Source: Octopus vulgaris (Eukaryota). Taken from it: a stretch of 64,000 bases of DNA. Below the pieces are notes generated by a model, which saw nothing but the letters and a program-made list of their open reading frames with translations, had not been told where the DNA came from and made no database searches. The stretch is taken from assembly GCA_951406725.2 (NCBI GenBank), contig OX597823.1, positions 101,184,001 through 101,248,000 of the forward strand, in the 5' to 3' direction. Numbering within the stretch: the first letter of the stretch is position 1; each line of letters starts with the position of its first letter. The translations under genes and the position numbers were made by a program. This document shows, one piece after another, positions 11,665 through 25,635 of this stretch.

Positions 11665-11725
11665 ATGGTGCTGACGAAAGAATTTAGGCACTTTCTAGCC
11701 TACGATCTAGAAACATGTTCACCAT
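11665..11725 (+). ncRNA. Type I hammerhead ribozyme motif in PLE pLTR remnant (~11534-12030)
   Basis: ATGGTG-CTGACGA-[AAGA..TAGGC..GCCTA..TCTA]-GAAAC-AT-GTT-CACCAT: 6-bp helix I, palindromic helix III (ACATGT). Confidence 0.8.
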
Positions 11726-12024
11726 TAACGGTAAGAGATTGTTTGTGTTTATTTACTACTCCGATTTTGCGTATGTGAATCGCAGGGTTGTGTCGTATAT
11801 GGAGCCTCCACTTGTAGAAAATGGAATTAAACAGTCTCTGACTGCCATTTCTAATTCTTTCGGTATGCGGCAGAGCAACCTGTTGCCTGCCGTTTTAATT
11901 ACTACTATATATACTGAACTCTACAGAAGTTCCAGACGCTAAAAGTCATATTTACATACCGAATTTTACCGGTAAATAATCGTTGGTTGTCTAAAAAACC
12001 ACGAAAGAATTTATTTACCCTTTT

Positions 12025-12075
<51 letters not shown>

Positions 12076-12134
12076 GTAACCACTAGACAACGTTCAGAGA
12101 TTTATTATTGCTTGCAGACAGTTTCTCGAAATAT

Positions 12135-12450
12135 ATATAATGGGGAAATTATACAAAATGTATAAATAGACAATGAGTAAAGCAACAGTACAGTTTCAAT
12201 TACCTGTTGTTATCCGTAGATTTATTGCAGGAACTTCATAGTGGTGGAAGTGTTAACAGTATTAATAAAATAGTTGGAAAGAAAAAAGATTTTATTGGGT
12301 ACGACACATGGGTCTGGGTCTCTTCGGGTACATCTATAAAAAGTCTTACGAGAGATTTTCAGATTCGGTTTTACATACCGTTATATATCCATCAGCTTCG
12401 AGGATATGTAAAAGGTAGAGAAACATTGAAACGCAAAACCTTAAATATAT
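12135..12450 (-). mobile_element. PLE pLTR-like remnant, paralogous to 14041-14345
   Basis: Shares long identical blocks with 14041-14345; retains CCGAAGA core and GTGTCGTAC end of a hammerhead on the minus strand (GAAAC lost). Confidence 0.55.
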
Positions 12451-12491
12451 ATTTGCAAACAGGTTTCTCTTCATCGAAAACCGGTGATTAC

Positions 12492-12536
12492 CGTGCGTTG
12501 ACAAGAGGCAAATACCTCGAAACTGCAGTCCGTGCG
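12492..12536 (+). ncRNA. Degenerate hammerhead motif
   Basis: CGTGCG-TTGACAA-GAGG caaata CCTC-GAAAC-TGCA-GTC-CGTGCG: helices I, II and III can form, but the core differs from CUGANGA at two positions. Confidence 0.6.
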
Positions 12537-12845
12537 TATCACTAAGGTTTTCGAGAGAGGGATGACCTCCCCTTGCAAATATCATAAGGGCACAGAAAGT
12601 GTGCCTAAAGCCAGCTGGAGACGATGATCTCCTGGGGCTAAAAGCTACAGTAACACCCACCATTAGTGGTTAGCCATATTGAGATGGCTAGTATACTTTA
12701 CGTTGTCGAGCGGTTACTGTTTACATCTCGTTCAGAGATTTATTATTGCTATATATATATATATATTTTCCTGAGCGCCTAATAATAATAATACTGTAAT
12801 TGTTCCACGTGTTGTTGTTTTTTCTGTTTTCCCGTTTGGATTAAC

Positions 12846-12895
<50 letters not shown>

Positions 12896-12980
12896 CATAC
12901 ATACATACATACATACATACATACATACATACATACATACATACATACATACATACATACATACATACTTACATACATAC

Positions 12981-13099
<119 letters not shown>

Positions 13100-14040
13100 T
13101 ATATATTCATGCGGAGTTGCGTAGTGTACACAAACACACACACACAAACATACATGTATATATGTATATAAATGAGTATCACCGTCTGAAATGAATGACT
13201 GTCAGCAAACTTAGCAATTCTCTCCCAGAGATCAGTCTCATTTCAAACAACAGCGCTAGACAACGTTGAATTTAGAACCGCTGGTGATGTTGTAGGTGGT
13301 GGTCAATAAAAACCTGATCGCATTACAAGTCGGTGAGAATCTCGAGGACAAAATCATTTTCTTTTGAAGTATTGATGAAACATAAACTGTTCATAATATG
13401 TTATACAATAAACGGAAGGCTGCATAAGAGACAGAACACAACGTTCATTGCAACAATAACTGAGAACAAAAAATATCAAAAAGTTAATGTATTAAATGTT
13501 TGCAAACTGTTTTTTATTCAATTATTTTCAAAATGGGTCACCGAGCAATATTGATTTGACAAAATGGGTCAAGCGCGGTAGTAAACGATTGGAAAGCGAT
13601 GATCAACACTCTTGACTTTACCATTAGTCCGATGGTGAGTTGGTTCGACTAGGAAAAGATTTCACCTATTTCAAGATTTAAAACGAAATCTGTTCGTTGT
13701 TTGAGAAAGTTCCAACACAAAAAGATGACCTATTTGTAGAGTAATATAACTCTTTTGTTCGTTAATCAACTGAAAAGGATGGTGACTGATACAATACTCC
13801 CCCTCCTCCATTTTTGCATCACTTGATATCCTTTTTCACTCTATTAATGTTTTATCTATAGAGTGGAAGCAATGACATTAAGATTATGACAGAGAAAAAA
13901 TAAAGGACATCGATATATTGAAGACAATACATTACATACACAAACACACAGACATACGCGCGCATACACTTACATTATGTACATACACATATATTATAGA
14001 CATACGTATATATATATATGTGTGTATATATATATATATA

Positions 14041-14345
14041 TATAATGGGGAAATTATACAAAATGTATAAATAGACAATGAGTAAAGCAACAGTACAGTT
14101 TCAATTACCTGTTGTTATCCGTAGATTTTATTGGGTATCATACCCAATAAAATCTTTTTTCTTTCCAACTATTTTATTAATACTGTTAACCCACATGTTT
14201 CGATCCGTTCTGGGTCTCTTCGGGTACATCTATAAAAAGTCTTACGAGAGATTTTCAGATTCGGTTTTACATACCGTTATATATCCATCAGCTTCGAGGA
14301 TATGTAAAAGGTAGAGAAACATTGAAACGCAAAAAATTTAAATAT
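14041..14345 (-). mobile_element. PLE pLTR-like remnant with partial hammerhead (14191-14227) and internal inversion
   Basis: Minus strand GTAC-CCGAAGA-GACCC agaac GGATC-GAAAC-ATGT; 14141-14190 is inverted relative to 12252-12301. Confidence 0.6.
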
Positions 14346-14470
14346 GAACTTGAAAATTATACATTTCAGTTTAGAGAAAATGGCGTAGTAAGCCTTCGCT
14401 GTTATAACTGTTAAGAGAAAGAAAAAGATGTAGAAGTTGAAAGGAAGATAATACTTATATGTATGTGTGT

Positions 14471-14517
<47 letters not shown>

Positions 14518-15262
14518 TCTGTGATTATGCTTACGGATCTTAAACCGGTGTTATGGAAAAAGCATGACTAAGCCATTTTATCGATAAATTTAGTCCCTCA
14601 ACGAATTAGCATCTTGACATCTGTGCCTCTCAAAATTTTTTGGACACCTCAGAAACTGCTGACCTGAAGAAATAAAACGTGAATATATCAGTCTCTTGCT
14701 TGTCCTCAAACATCTAAAACAGTTGGTCTATGATGTAATTGTATTCTTTGATTCATCATTGGCAACCATTCAATCTATGAGGTAAGGTCAACATTATCAT
14801 ATATATTATAATGAACAAATATGTGCTAATTAATTAAAATTACACCGGTAACGAAAAGAATGTGTCGCTATTACTAGCACAACGATCAATTCTAGTAAAG
14901 AAAGGCAAGAGAAACGGTGATACATCAAAAATAGAATATGGGCAATGCACATGGGAGTGAGTCTGATTTTGGCGGTATTGTAACAACTCTAGAGTAACAA
15001 ATATATTCACACGGTACAGTCTGAAAAATGTGACACTTTCTTTCTTTCTTCCTTCCTTCCTTTCTTTCATTCTTTCTTTCTCGCTTTCTTTCTTTCTCTC
15101 TCTCCCTCTCTCGCTCCTCTCTCTCTTTGCATCTGTATCTACTTATTTACGTATGTATATGCATACATACATTATGTATGTATATATATATATAAATATA
15201 TATTATTCTTTTACTCTTTTACTCGTTTCAGTCATTTGACTGTGGCCATGCTGGAGCACCGC

Positions 15263-15320
<58 letters not shown>

Positions 15321-16553
15321 TAAATACGTACATGAGGAGGAGGAGACCCCCACTTCAGTCATGAATGACCATGGGATTGCACTTAGAAAGTGTTATATAT
15401 ATATATATATATATGTTAATAAAATAGAACATATGCATATATATAAACATATATGTACGTACCTACCTCTACATGTACATATACACGCATATATGTGTAC
15501 AGGACACCAAAAAGACGTCGAACACATAGAGAGACGAAAAACATAGACACAAACCAAGGAACAAGACAAGCAAAAAAAGAGATACAGGACAATAAGCACA
15601 ACGAAAAATCCCCTTCTTCAGTCGCTAAGGTTTCATCTACTAAACGTTTCGAAGGATAATATATATATATAGGACACTTCGTTCAAACTGAAAGTATTAT
15701 CTCACATTACAATAGAGACATAATACTGGAATAGTGTATGAGTTAAGAGATTGCAATGGGCTCGCATTAGGCAAGAAGTTGGAAATTTTTTGGCCAAAGA
15801 CACTGCATGCACCTTGGCTTTTGTATTTGACGACTGTTGCTTTAAGTATTTTATTTCGATTTTCACTGACGTAGTGGTAAGAATAAATCCTGAGGTCAAT
15901 TTTTTCGACTAAAACCGTTTAAGGCGGTGCTCCAGCATGGCTGCAGCCAAATGGCTGAAACAAGTTAAAGAATGCTCACTCACTACCACCCCCACTCAAA
16001 CTAGGCGATATGTATACTTCTTGACATTCTCTGCATGAAAATCAAATGGTATGAACGATGTTGATGCTCGGACAATTAATTTAATGATCCAAATAATTAA
16101 TATTGTCTCTGGGTTTTAATCTATAGGTCTTTCCTCCTGTCACCCGTCTATATTCTGATTTCAAACACAGTTGACTCTTATTTTCTCAGCTCAGCAGCTT
16201 TTTGTCAATATTTGTCCCATATGAACTCTAATTGAGCAGACCAATGAGTAAAGGTGTCCCACGACCAACCCATGTTTTTCTTTTCCCATATGTAGTTGAT
16301 TTACGATTAGATTATCCAAAGTGACGTTTGAACGCTGTATGCGATTTTGGGGATATTTGAGTTACTCTCTCTCTCTCTTTTACTTGTTTTAGTCATTTGA
16401 CTGTGGCCATGCTAGAGCACCACCTTTTCAGCCCTGATCAAGTAGACCTGTGATCAAAGGTGTAGCAGCTTTAACTTAGCCCTTGTGTATCTTTTCACCC
16501 TTAAGGCAGTAGGATATAGCTAAAGGGTATTTGGTTGTTATTTCTAATAGGAC

Positions 16554-16856
16554 TCTCTTTGTACTCTTTTACTTGTTTCAGTCATTTGACTGTGGCCATA
16601 CTGGAGCACCGCCTTTAGTCGAGCAAATCGACCCCAGGACTTATTCTTTGTAAGCCTAGTACTTATTCTATCGGTCTCTTTTGCCGAGCTGCTAAGTTAC
16701 GGGGACGTAAACACACCAGCATCGGTTGTCAAGCGATGTTGGGGGGACAAACACAGACACATAAACATACACACACATACATATACATATGTATATATAC
16801 ATATATACGAAAGGCTTCTTTCAGTTTCCATCTACCAAATCCACTCACAAAGCTTT
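16554..16856 (-). mobile_element. SINE family 1, 3' portion
   Basis: Reverse-complement match to ~7310-7588. Confidence 0.8.
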
Positions 16857-18099
16857 GAGTACTACTTTTAGCACTCAAACTACCTTCATTTGTTTCTCTC
16901 ATTAGTTTATGTTCAGAGAGTTAATGTAACGATGCTTAGCCCTTGCAGCAGAATATTCTAGATTCATCTAAAGTACATTCTATAGAAGTGAAGCAACCTA
17001 GTCAGATTTTGCTCTGGTTAATGCTCTATGAATTGGTGGTTAATCTCCAGACAAAAGAATATCAGGGATTTATCTATTCAGTATAGGATTTACAAAGATG
17101 TAACGCAAAGAAAATTTCAAACATTAAGTTGACAGATATCGTTGCCTGATCATGATGATAGACATAATCCTCATTACAATTACCAAGTTATCATTACCAG
17201 AACAAACAGCACCATAACCACTACAACCACCAAGATCATAATTATTCTCATGAGTCAAGATCCTCTTTGTAGTCGCACATATCGTTAGAAATAGCAGTCA
17301 CATCTCTAAAAGCACAGCCTACCGTCTTAAAAACTCGAAGAACATAACCCAGCACATGGATGCCCGTGAAAGACAGAGGCCCATAGTTGTAATGTATTTT
17401 GCTTGTCGGCATGTCTGACCAGAGGTGTTGGCTAAACACCTCTGTCCAGTTGTTTGACTAAAACCCTTTGAACAAGGTACTCCGGCAGAGTCGCAGTCCA
17501 ATGATTAAAACAAGTGAGCGAAAGAGAAATATCATTTTCCCTCGTCATCGTCTTCTTTTGAATCAAACTCGTACGTATCAAGCCTTCGAACCTTTTATCA
17601 TCTTTGAACTGTGTTCTTCCTTGACTTCAAAAGCAACAATAGCCATCTCGACCTTGCAATGATATTTCTTCAACTTAGTCTCTCCATCCCTCTCCTCCTT
17701 TCCCTTCCCTACACCTTCATAACAGGTTTGTTTACTTCTATCTACATTGTGCTCAACCATAGTATGTAACTGAAATAGAACGACATTGTTTTTCTTACTC
17801 CAAAGAACACCACTATTCATCTATTGACCAATCTATTCAAACACTAAAACGATAGATGTCGTTTGTCTGATTATAATGATAATCATAACCATCACTAGTA
17901 TCACCACACCATTACCACCACTACCACTACCACTACAACCGCCACTACCATAGGCTAACACGTATCATCTTCGTGGTCACCCATTCTGCTAGCTAGCTTT
18001 CATCGATTTCTCAACACTCCTCTTTCTCTCCGCCTCTCTTGAATTCTGAGATCATTCAGAACACGGTAAACGGAACCCATGTTGCTCCTATGGAAAACA

Positions 18100-18560
18100 T
18101 TCGTTCTCAGTGACTTGGATTACTGTTCCTAGTTATGGTCGTCACGAAGCGTCAAACCAATAGGAGAATTCGAAGCAATCCAACACCAATACATCAAGAA
18201 GATTGCTTCGGTGTAACAGATGACCTATTGGGAGAAGCTAAAAGAGCTGCGGTTCTCACATCCGAGAGCGAAAATACGAAAGTAATGTTGTGATTATTAC
18301 ATGGAAGATCCTGGAAGGTCTAGCAACCAGCTTTGGGATTCAAAAGCTTTATCAATCCCTGGACAGGATGCCACTGTATACTACCGATGGCACCGCTTTC
18401 TCCGCCCTGGGCGAGGACCCAATATTGTAATAGTTTAAGGTTCAAAAGCCCATAGCTTTTCAATAGCTTCCGAAACGTCCTCGGAGGTCTATGAGGAGTA
18501 GATGGGGATGTGTTCAAAGGAGATTTAGACAACTTTTATCTAATAAATCAGATGAAACGA
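18100..18560 (+). mobile_element. Decayed 3' end of a CR1/L2-group LINE ORF2
   Basis: YWEKLKELR...IITWKILEGL...FKGDLDNF; same region as the fragment at 25800-26174. Confidence 0.5.
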
Positions 18561-18655
18561 CATCATTGCAAGAAATGAGTCTAAAATAAACGAACATGAA
18601 CGCTAATGGCAATGTCCTAGCATGCCCTCAGCCTCTGCTGAAATCAATAAGTGTA

Positions 18656-18686
<31 letters not shown>

Positions 18687-18816
18687 TGTATGTATGTATG
18701 TATGTATGTATGTATGTATGTATGTATGCATGCATGTATGTATGTATGTATGTATGTATGTATGTATGTATGTATGTATGTATGTATGTATGTATGTATG
18801 TATGTATGTGTGTGTG

Positions 18817-18848
<32 letters not shown>

Positions 18849-18879
18849 TGTATGTATGTATGTATGTATGTATGTATGT

Positions 18880-20508
18880 AGACAGCTTCAGGAGAAGTGT
18901 GTGGAAAAGGGTCTGGATTTGTATCAGGTTTTTGTCGATCTGACAAAAGCCTTTGATACCGTCAATAGAAAAGCATTGTGGAAAGTCCTCCAGAAACTTG
19001 GGTGTCCTGAAAAGTTCCCTGCTTTGGTTAGGTCTTTTCATGAAGACATGAATGGTAGGGTGAATGTAAGAGAGAAAATGTCGGAGCTCATTTCAATACA
19101 AAATGGAGTGAAACAGGGGGATATTCTGGCACCGACCCTATTTTGCGATGGTGTTGTGTATTGCATTCAGAAACTGGAGATACGGTGTTTACATCCATTA
19201 TCGAACCTCTGGCAGCATATTTCACATCAGGCGCTTTGCTGTGAAAACAAAGGTATTTACCTCTATCATGAGAGACCTTTTGTATGCAGATGATTGTAAG
19301 CTAGTAGCACACACAGAAATTGATATGCAACACATTTTGAATGCATTCTCTGATGCTTGCACCGCCTTAGGATTGACAGTCAATCTCAAGAAAACTGTTG
19401 TCATGCATCAACCTGCCCCTGGTAAGCAGTATAGTGTACCAAATATCTATGTGTATGGTAAACGGCTTGATGCAGTTGATCAGTTTGTCTACATGGGAAG
19501 CACTATTAATAGATATAACAATTTGGATGATGAAATTCTTTATAGAATTAGGAAAGCAAGTGTTCCTTTTGGAAGGCTAGAAAAGCGCCTCTGGAGTCGG
19601 CGAGACATATGCAGAAAGACAAAGATAAAGGTGTACAAGGCATGTGTGCTCCCTTCTCTTCTCTATGCCTGCGAGACGTGGGTCACATATCGATACCACC
19701 ACACAACTGGAACGTTTCCATCAGCTGTGTCTCAGACGGATCTATGGCATTGAGTGGAAGGACCGCATCAGTGATCTTGAAATATTGGAAGGCTCTCGGT
19801 GTGAAAGTATAGAAGCTCTTGTGTTAAAGCAAAGGCTCAGATGGAGTGGTCATCTGGTCAGGATGAAGGATTCAAGGATGCCAAAACAACTCTTTTATGG
19901 AGAGTTAGCTAAAGGAGAATGACCTCCACATAAACCAAAAAAGAGGTATAAGGACTTGCTGAAGGCTTCCTTAAGAGATACTTGCATCTCTCCTGACACA
20001 TGGGAAGGCATAGCTATTGATCGTAGTAGGTGGAGAAGGATTGTGCATGAGGGGACAGCCACTTTTCAGAAATCTCGAGTTGCACATGAGAACGTAAGGA
20101 GGGATGTCAGGAAGGGCATCGTTGTTACACTTCCAGATGGGAAGGGTCTTGCTATGATGCTGACATGCAGTGTCAGTAAAGCTGGACTCAAGAGTCATCT
20201 TCGTAGTCATAAAGCGAGACAGATGAGTGACAACGTGGCCACTGGTGGTGGTGTTACATACCATACTAATCATATCTGTCGGGCATGTGGAAGAGAGTGT
20301 AATTCGGCAGGAGGACTTAGGCGACATGCAAAGGTACATGAAGCCCAGTTACAGCTACAGCCGGCTATTACCGGTAAAGGTTTTAGCTGCCAATTCTGTA
20401 CAAGACATTGTAGATCTTTGGCTCGGCTAAAAAGTCACATTCGATTACAGCACCAGTAACAGTTAAGCTTCGTGCAATGGCCATACTCGATAACGAGAGG
20501 GCAGCCAT
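18880..20508 (+). mobile_element. 5'-truncated RTE-clade (BovB-like) LINE, frameshifted, with C-terminal C2H2 zinc fingers
   Basis: RQLQEKC..FVDLTKAFDTVNR, GVKQGDILAPTLF, LLYADDC, YACETW, LRWSGHLVRM..RMPKQLFYGEL; flanked on both sides by (ATGT)n. Confidence 0.92.
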
Positions 20509-22287
20509 AATGTATGTATGTATGTATGCATATACATATATATACACGCAGACACACATACGTACATACATACATACATACATACATACATACATACATA
20601 CATACATACATACATACATACATACATTACATTTACGTACATACATACACACGCGCGCACACAACCTTCCCATAATTATATTTTCATTATGAAATCCAGC
20701 TGATGCTGAGTCATATTTGACCGGAACATTTTATCCCAATAGCAAATTAATGAAAAATGTCATGCTAATGTCGACATCTACTTTTGATTTCCCGAATCCA
20801 TATTACTAATTAAATATTTTCTCGGATAATACGATTAATTTCATCGTGGTAGTTTATTGACTCTAGCCCTGTCATCAGCTGATTATTTTTCCCCTTGCCA
20901 TTTCATATTTGTTTTGTTTCTATTATATTCAATGGTCTGTGTCTCAGGCTTTTTAAAAAATATTAGCTAGATTATTGCTTTCAGTTGCTGTAAGTTTGAC
21001 TAAATATATTGTTGGTTCTTGTTTTATTGCATATGATTAGTGTAGAAAATTTACTGTAAAGCGTGTGGGTTTTTCTTAGCTTTGGACCTAGGAAGAGATC
21101 GGTTTTGTTGAAATATCAAGAATGTCGCTTTACCCAATCGACCCATCTAAACCGAGGGGTAACGAGCAGTGCTGTGACGGTCAACACCAGTACCAATATC
21201 ATCAGAGTAGCAACAACATATCAAAAACAACCAAAAGTTTATAATTCTGCAATCATCATCACCACTTGTAAGAAAGCCATCTCCCTTGCTCACCTAAGCA
21301 ATGAGTTCCTGTGCTGTACACTCACTTGCTAAGGAAAGAGCCTTCACTAAAAAATATAGGGCTTTCATTTTCCGGTTTGATGTGCTGACCCTTCCTGAAG
21401 TAGAGAGTGAAGTAAAACACCCACATCATGCACAAATGTATAAATATGAAAAGCAAAACAACCACTCCACATCGGTGACTGATGACGCGGAGAGTGCCAT
21501 ATTGCATGTATATAAAAGGATAGCGATGGCATTGTATGCCATTGCAGAATAAGCTAAGAGGCGTTCGACCATAGCATGTTCCTCCATGGACTATATGCCA
21601 CTGCCATCATAAATTGGGAGGGAGATAATGAAGGTGATACTGAATGGTGTGTCACTGGATAGAAGCATCATTTTTGATAACGATGCTGGAAGAGCATGGG
21701 AAGTTTATCGACTCAAATAGCACGAATATCAGAAAAAAGCAACTGCAATACCTCTCTCACCGCTACCGACGATGTGATGAAGTGTAATTTAATGTGGTTT
21801 AGTATTATAATGCGGTGCAAATGAAGGCCCGTGGCATAATGGTTGGAGATGTTCAGCTCATGATCAAAACGTCGTGAGTTCAATTTCTGGATTAGGCAAT
21901 GACGTGTTCTTGAGCAAGACACTTCATTTTACTTTGTTCCAATCTACTCGACTGTGACTACCAGTTGGCGGGTGCAGCTCTCTCTTTCTCTTTCCCTCCT
22001 CTCTCTCTTCCTCTTTTCCCCTCCCCCTCTCTCTCTCCTGGCCTTTCTCTTTCTTTATAACTGTCACATCCTGTAAATGCCGCTGGGTCAAGAACGAAGA
22101 GGCTAAGAAGCTAGATATACCTGCTCGTGATCACATGGGCACCCGAAACAGTTAACGAAAGTAAGGTACATGTTACTAAGACGTGCTCACTCGTGAGTGA
22201 CGGTTGGCTGTACGCTAATAATGGTTACTTTTATAAATGTCTGATGCTCTACCGACTCAGCTACGCGAGAAACAGCAGTGTAATTCT

Positions 22288-22617
22288 ATTCTTTACTTGT
22301 TTCAGACTGAAGGCCTTAGTCAAACAAATCGACTCCACTATTTGTACTTTTTAAAGTCAGGTACTTACTTTATCGGTCGCTTTTGCCGGACCGCGATGCT
22401 ACGGAGCCATAAACAAACCAACACCGGTTATCAAGCGGTATGGGTACAAACGTAAACACACGCACATACATAATACACACACACATGTATACAATGGGCT
22501 TCCACACATTTTCTGTTTACCGAATTCAATCACAAGGCATTGGTCCGTCTAGGATGACATAAAACATTTAATCAAGGTGTTACGCAGTGGGATTGAACCC
22601 GAAAACTTGTGGTTGGA
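22288..22617 (-). mobile_element. SINE family 1, diverged copy
   Basis: Degenerate reverse-complement match to 7195-7588. Confidence 0.65.
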
Positions 22618-23077
22618 GTAATTTCAGAATTCTCATGATTTAAATGGGTGGCTAATTTATATTTCAAAGCCACCATTCATTTCATAATTCCAGTATGCTT
22701 GTGATAAGTCATTTGGAAAAAACATGAACATCACGGCCTCCATTTCCTGTGCTTTTTAAAAGAATAAAGAAAGCATTAGATTATGTGCCATTGAAAAGAA
22801 AATGCTATTCTAATATTTCCACACCAAATGTTTCGTTTCCTCGCTACTGGCATCATGTGGAAGTGGAATTTTGCCAAACTTTGACTGCTGTAGTTTGTCT
22901 TGGCACCAGGTATAGTCATCTCAAGATAATTATCTGCTTACATTGATTCCAGAGAAATGTTTAATCAACCAACAAAAGATCAGAAATCAGTGATATCACC
23001 CATACTGAAAAATTCTCTGTCTAGAAGTGAATTCAACATCCTCATTGGCGAATAGTTAAAGCAGTTAGGCTTTAGTT

Positions 23078-23110
<33 letters not shown>

Positions 23111-23879
23111 ATGTGTGTATGTATACACGTATATATTCATATATTTTTCTATCTATATATGTATATATACATAGATACAAACACTCACACCCCCACACAC
23201 ATATATACACATACGCATAAATATATAGGTGTGTGTGTGTGAGCGTACGTGTGTGTGAATGTGTGTGCGCACAAATACGCTCATATGTGTTCTTATACGA
23301 TATCTAAATGTAATTCCCTTCACATGAGTTATATCGTTTTTAATTATCAACAAATTATTTATATTCAACAATGGGAAACAATATGGAGCGCAATATACAG
23401 CTCAGCATGATTAAAATAACAGTTCTGTGTGTGTATGTGAAAACATTTAATGATCATTGCATATTTCATATGTTAAACAGTTATTACCAGCTTTGGCAAG
23501 ACAAGGACTATAATTCCGTGAACTGCTTAAGATATAATTGGCTGCCTCGTCTGTGGAAAACCGATTATCTAAAGTATAGAGATACTAACAAACAAACCGT
23601 ATCATACATAATCGCAGGTGTAGATCTGATATTTTTTAGTCACACATTTATGTATTTAAAGGAATATATTTTTTTGCTGCGTTGCATGAGATACAATAAA
23701 ATTTTATGTTGTAATCTATTGCTATCAGCAATATTCTAAGTACTCTTACAATATTATGAAGTCTCACGACTTTATGATACTGTCAGTTTATTTAATGCCT
23801 CTCCGCTAGTATGGCAGCCATAATTTTGCCCTAAACATTTACCCTAAACTCTTGAAAGTGATCATGGAATTGTGGTCCT

Positions 23880-24030
23880 TAGCTTAACTAACTGACTGAC
23901 TAACTGACTGACTAATTAACTAGCTAACTAACTAACTAACAAATAGCTAGCTAATTAGCTGACTGATTAGCTAGCTGACACACAAATTAGTTAACTAACA
24001 AGCTAGTTAGGTAACTAGCTAACTGAGAAT
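23880..24030. repeat. Degenerate (TAAC/TAGC/TGAC)n tetranucleotide repeat
   Basis: Visible 4-bp periodicity. Confidence 0.8.
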
Positions 24031-24275
24031 ATGTATGTATACATGCATCTTTAGCTATCATAGACTGCGACCATCGCCTTGAAGGATTTAGTCGAACACA
24101 TCAACTCCAGCACTTATTTTTTAGGCCTGGTATCTAATCAGTCGGTCTCATTGCCGAACCGCTAAGTTACAGGAACGTAACAAATCCAACACCGGCTGTC
24201 AAGCGGTTATAGGGGACAAAAGCAAACATAGAGACACATTTGCATTGTGAAGCATGACTGTCAACACTACTACAT

Positions 24276-24318
24276 GAACCCGAAGATTGCAGAATTCAAT
24301 GCATGAAAGTACTAGTTC
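24276..24318 (+). ncRNA. Minimal hammerhead in PLE 3' remnant (24245-24452)
   Basis: GAAC-CCGAAGA-TTGCA gaattcaa TGCAT-GAAAG-TA-CTA-GTTC; helix III palindrome AGTACT; paralogue at 34681. Confidence 0.75.
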
Positions 24319-24473
24319 AATCAGAATGAATATTTAACATTCTACTATTTCATTTTATTTTACTCAATTATAATATATTATCTTATAATATATCATTATA
24401 AGATTGTAAATAAAACGTGAAAATCAGACAAGGTTGGAATTCTTTTTATTAATATATATATATATATATATAT

Positions 24474-25347
24474 ATACGGCATGCGATGGGTAAATTGTCT
24501 CCATTTTATATTTTTTATTTTGTGCATGCACATTATTTGTTTTGGATTTTGTCGACTACACAGTATAGTAGCGTCAGTTGGGCACTGTCTGTAAGAAAAA
24601 CAGCAACATTACGTAATTCACTCTGCAGAAATTTGGAAACGACATGTTGTCCTGCTCGGCATTCGAACCAGTAGCTCCAATACGAAAATTTCAGAGTTTG
24701 GTGGCGTGACTCTGAGGACAGTGCAATCTGAGGGCATGAACCGAGAGTGATAAAAATCAAACATGGTGTTTGGAGTAATCACTAGTGATGGCGACGTTAT
24801 GCCATTCATCTTCCCACGCGAACTCTAACTCAATACGGAAGTCAACATCAAATGCCTGGAGGCGGTAGTGTTCCCCTGGGTGAAGAAATTGGCTGTTGGA
24901 AGACCCATTGTCTGGCAGCAGGACTCTGCACCATGCCACACAAGCAGAACCCACTCATGATTGTCAGACAATTTCTGCGACCACATAACCCCTAAGATCT
25001 GGCCACCTAACTCCCCAGACTGCAACGCCCTTGATTATTATGTGTAAGGCGCAGCTGAGCGAGAGACCAACAAAACTCCTTGTAACACACCAAAGATGAA
25101 CAGAAGGCTAGGATTATGGCAGAATTCACCAAATTAAACGAGGAAACTGCCCAGAAGGGTTGCAGGAGATTCTGAAGTCGTCTGGAGGCCGTGGTTGGAG
25201 TCAATGGCGATTTTATTGAATAAATTCACTCTTTAGTATTTCAAGATATTTTTATGTAATTTTGGTAAATATATCTATTAAAATAAGACGTCGTTGTTAT
25301 TTTCATTTTTGCATAATTTAGACGATAATTTATTCACCAAACCCTAT
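24474..25347 (+). mobile_element. Internally deleted Tc1/mariner element, probably DD37D (maT)
   Basis: MVFGVITSDG...VWQQDSAPCHTS...WPPNSPDCNALDYY; D-to-D spacing counted as 36 in this decayed copy; imperfect terminal inverted repeats in TA runs. Confidence 0.75.
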
Positions 25348-25572
25348 ATATATATAAATCAAATAAAGGTAGAAATTGATATTAATCAATTAAAACCAGT
25401 AGCATAGCATATTTAAAAAGAATCCGAAGATTAAAAATTTTTCCATGCTAGATATAGACGTCAAAATCGCCATTTTCCACGAAGAATGTGTTCTCAAGAA
25501 AAAATTCAGCATAAGACCAAAGTGTAAAATTAAGCAAGACAAATGAAAATATTCGAAATAAAAAACGATTAC

Positions 25573-25635
25573 CTACGTACTAATTAGTTTCACTTGTTAA
25601 TATTTACGTAAACATCTGCAAGATCATCAGCATAG
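25573..25635 (-). ncRNA. Type I hammerhead ribozyme, canonical core, in PLE remnant (~25350-25745)
   Basis: Minus strand CTATG-CTGATGA-TCTTG...CAAGT-GAAAC-TAATTA-GTA-CGTAG; palindromic helix III ACTAATTAGT. Confidence 0.85.

Noticed and set aside
15600-15700. Further hammerhead candidates (15600-15700, ~14660, ~49240, ~54866)
   Set aside because: Core elements are out of order or helices cannot be formed convincingly.
19956-20459. Host C2H2 zinc-finger gene
   Set aside because: Continuous with the RTE RT region and repeated with the same 3' end at 49608-50034.
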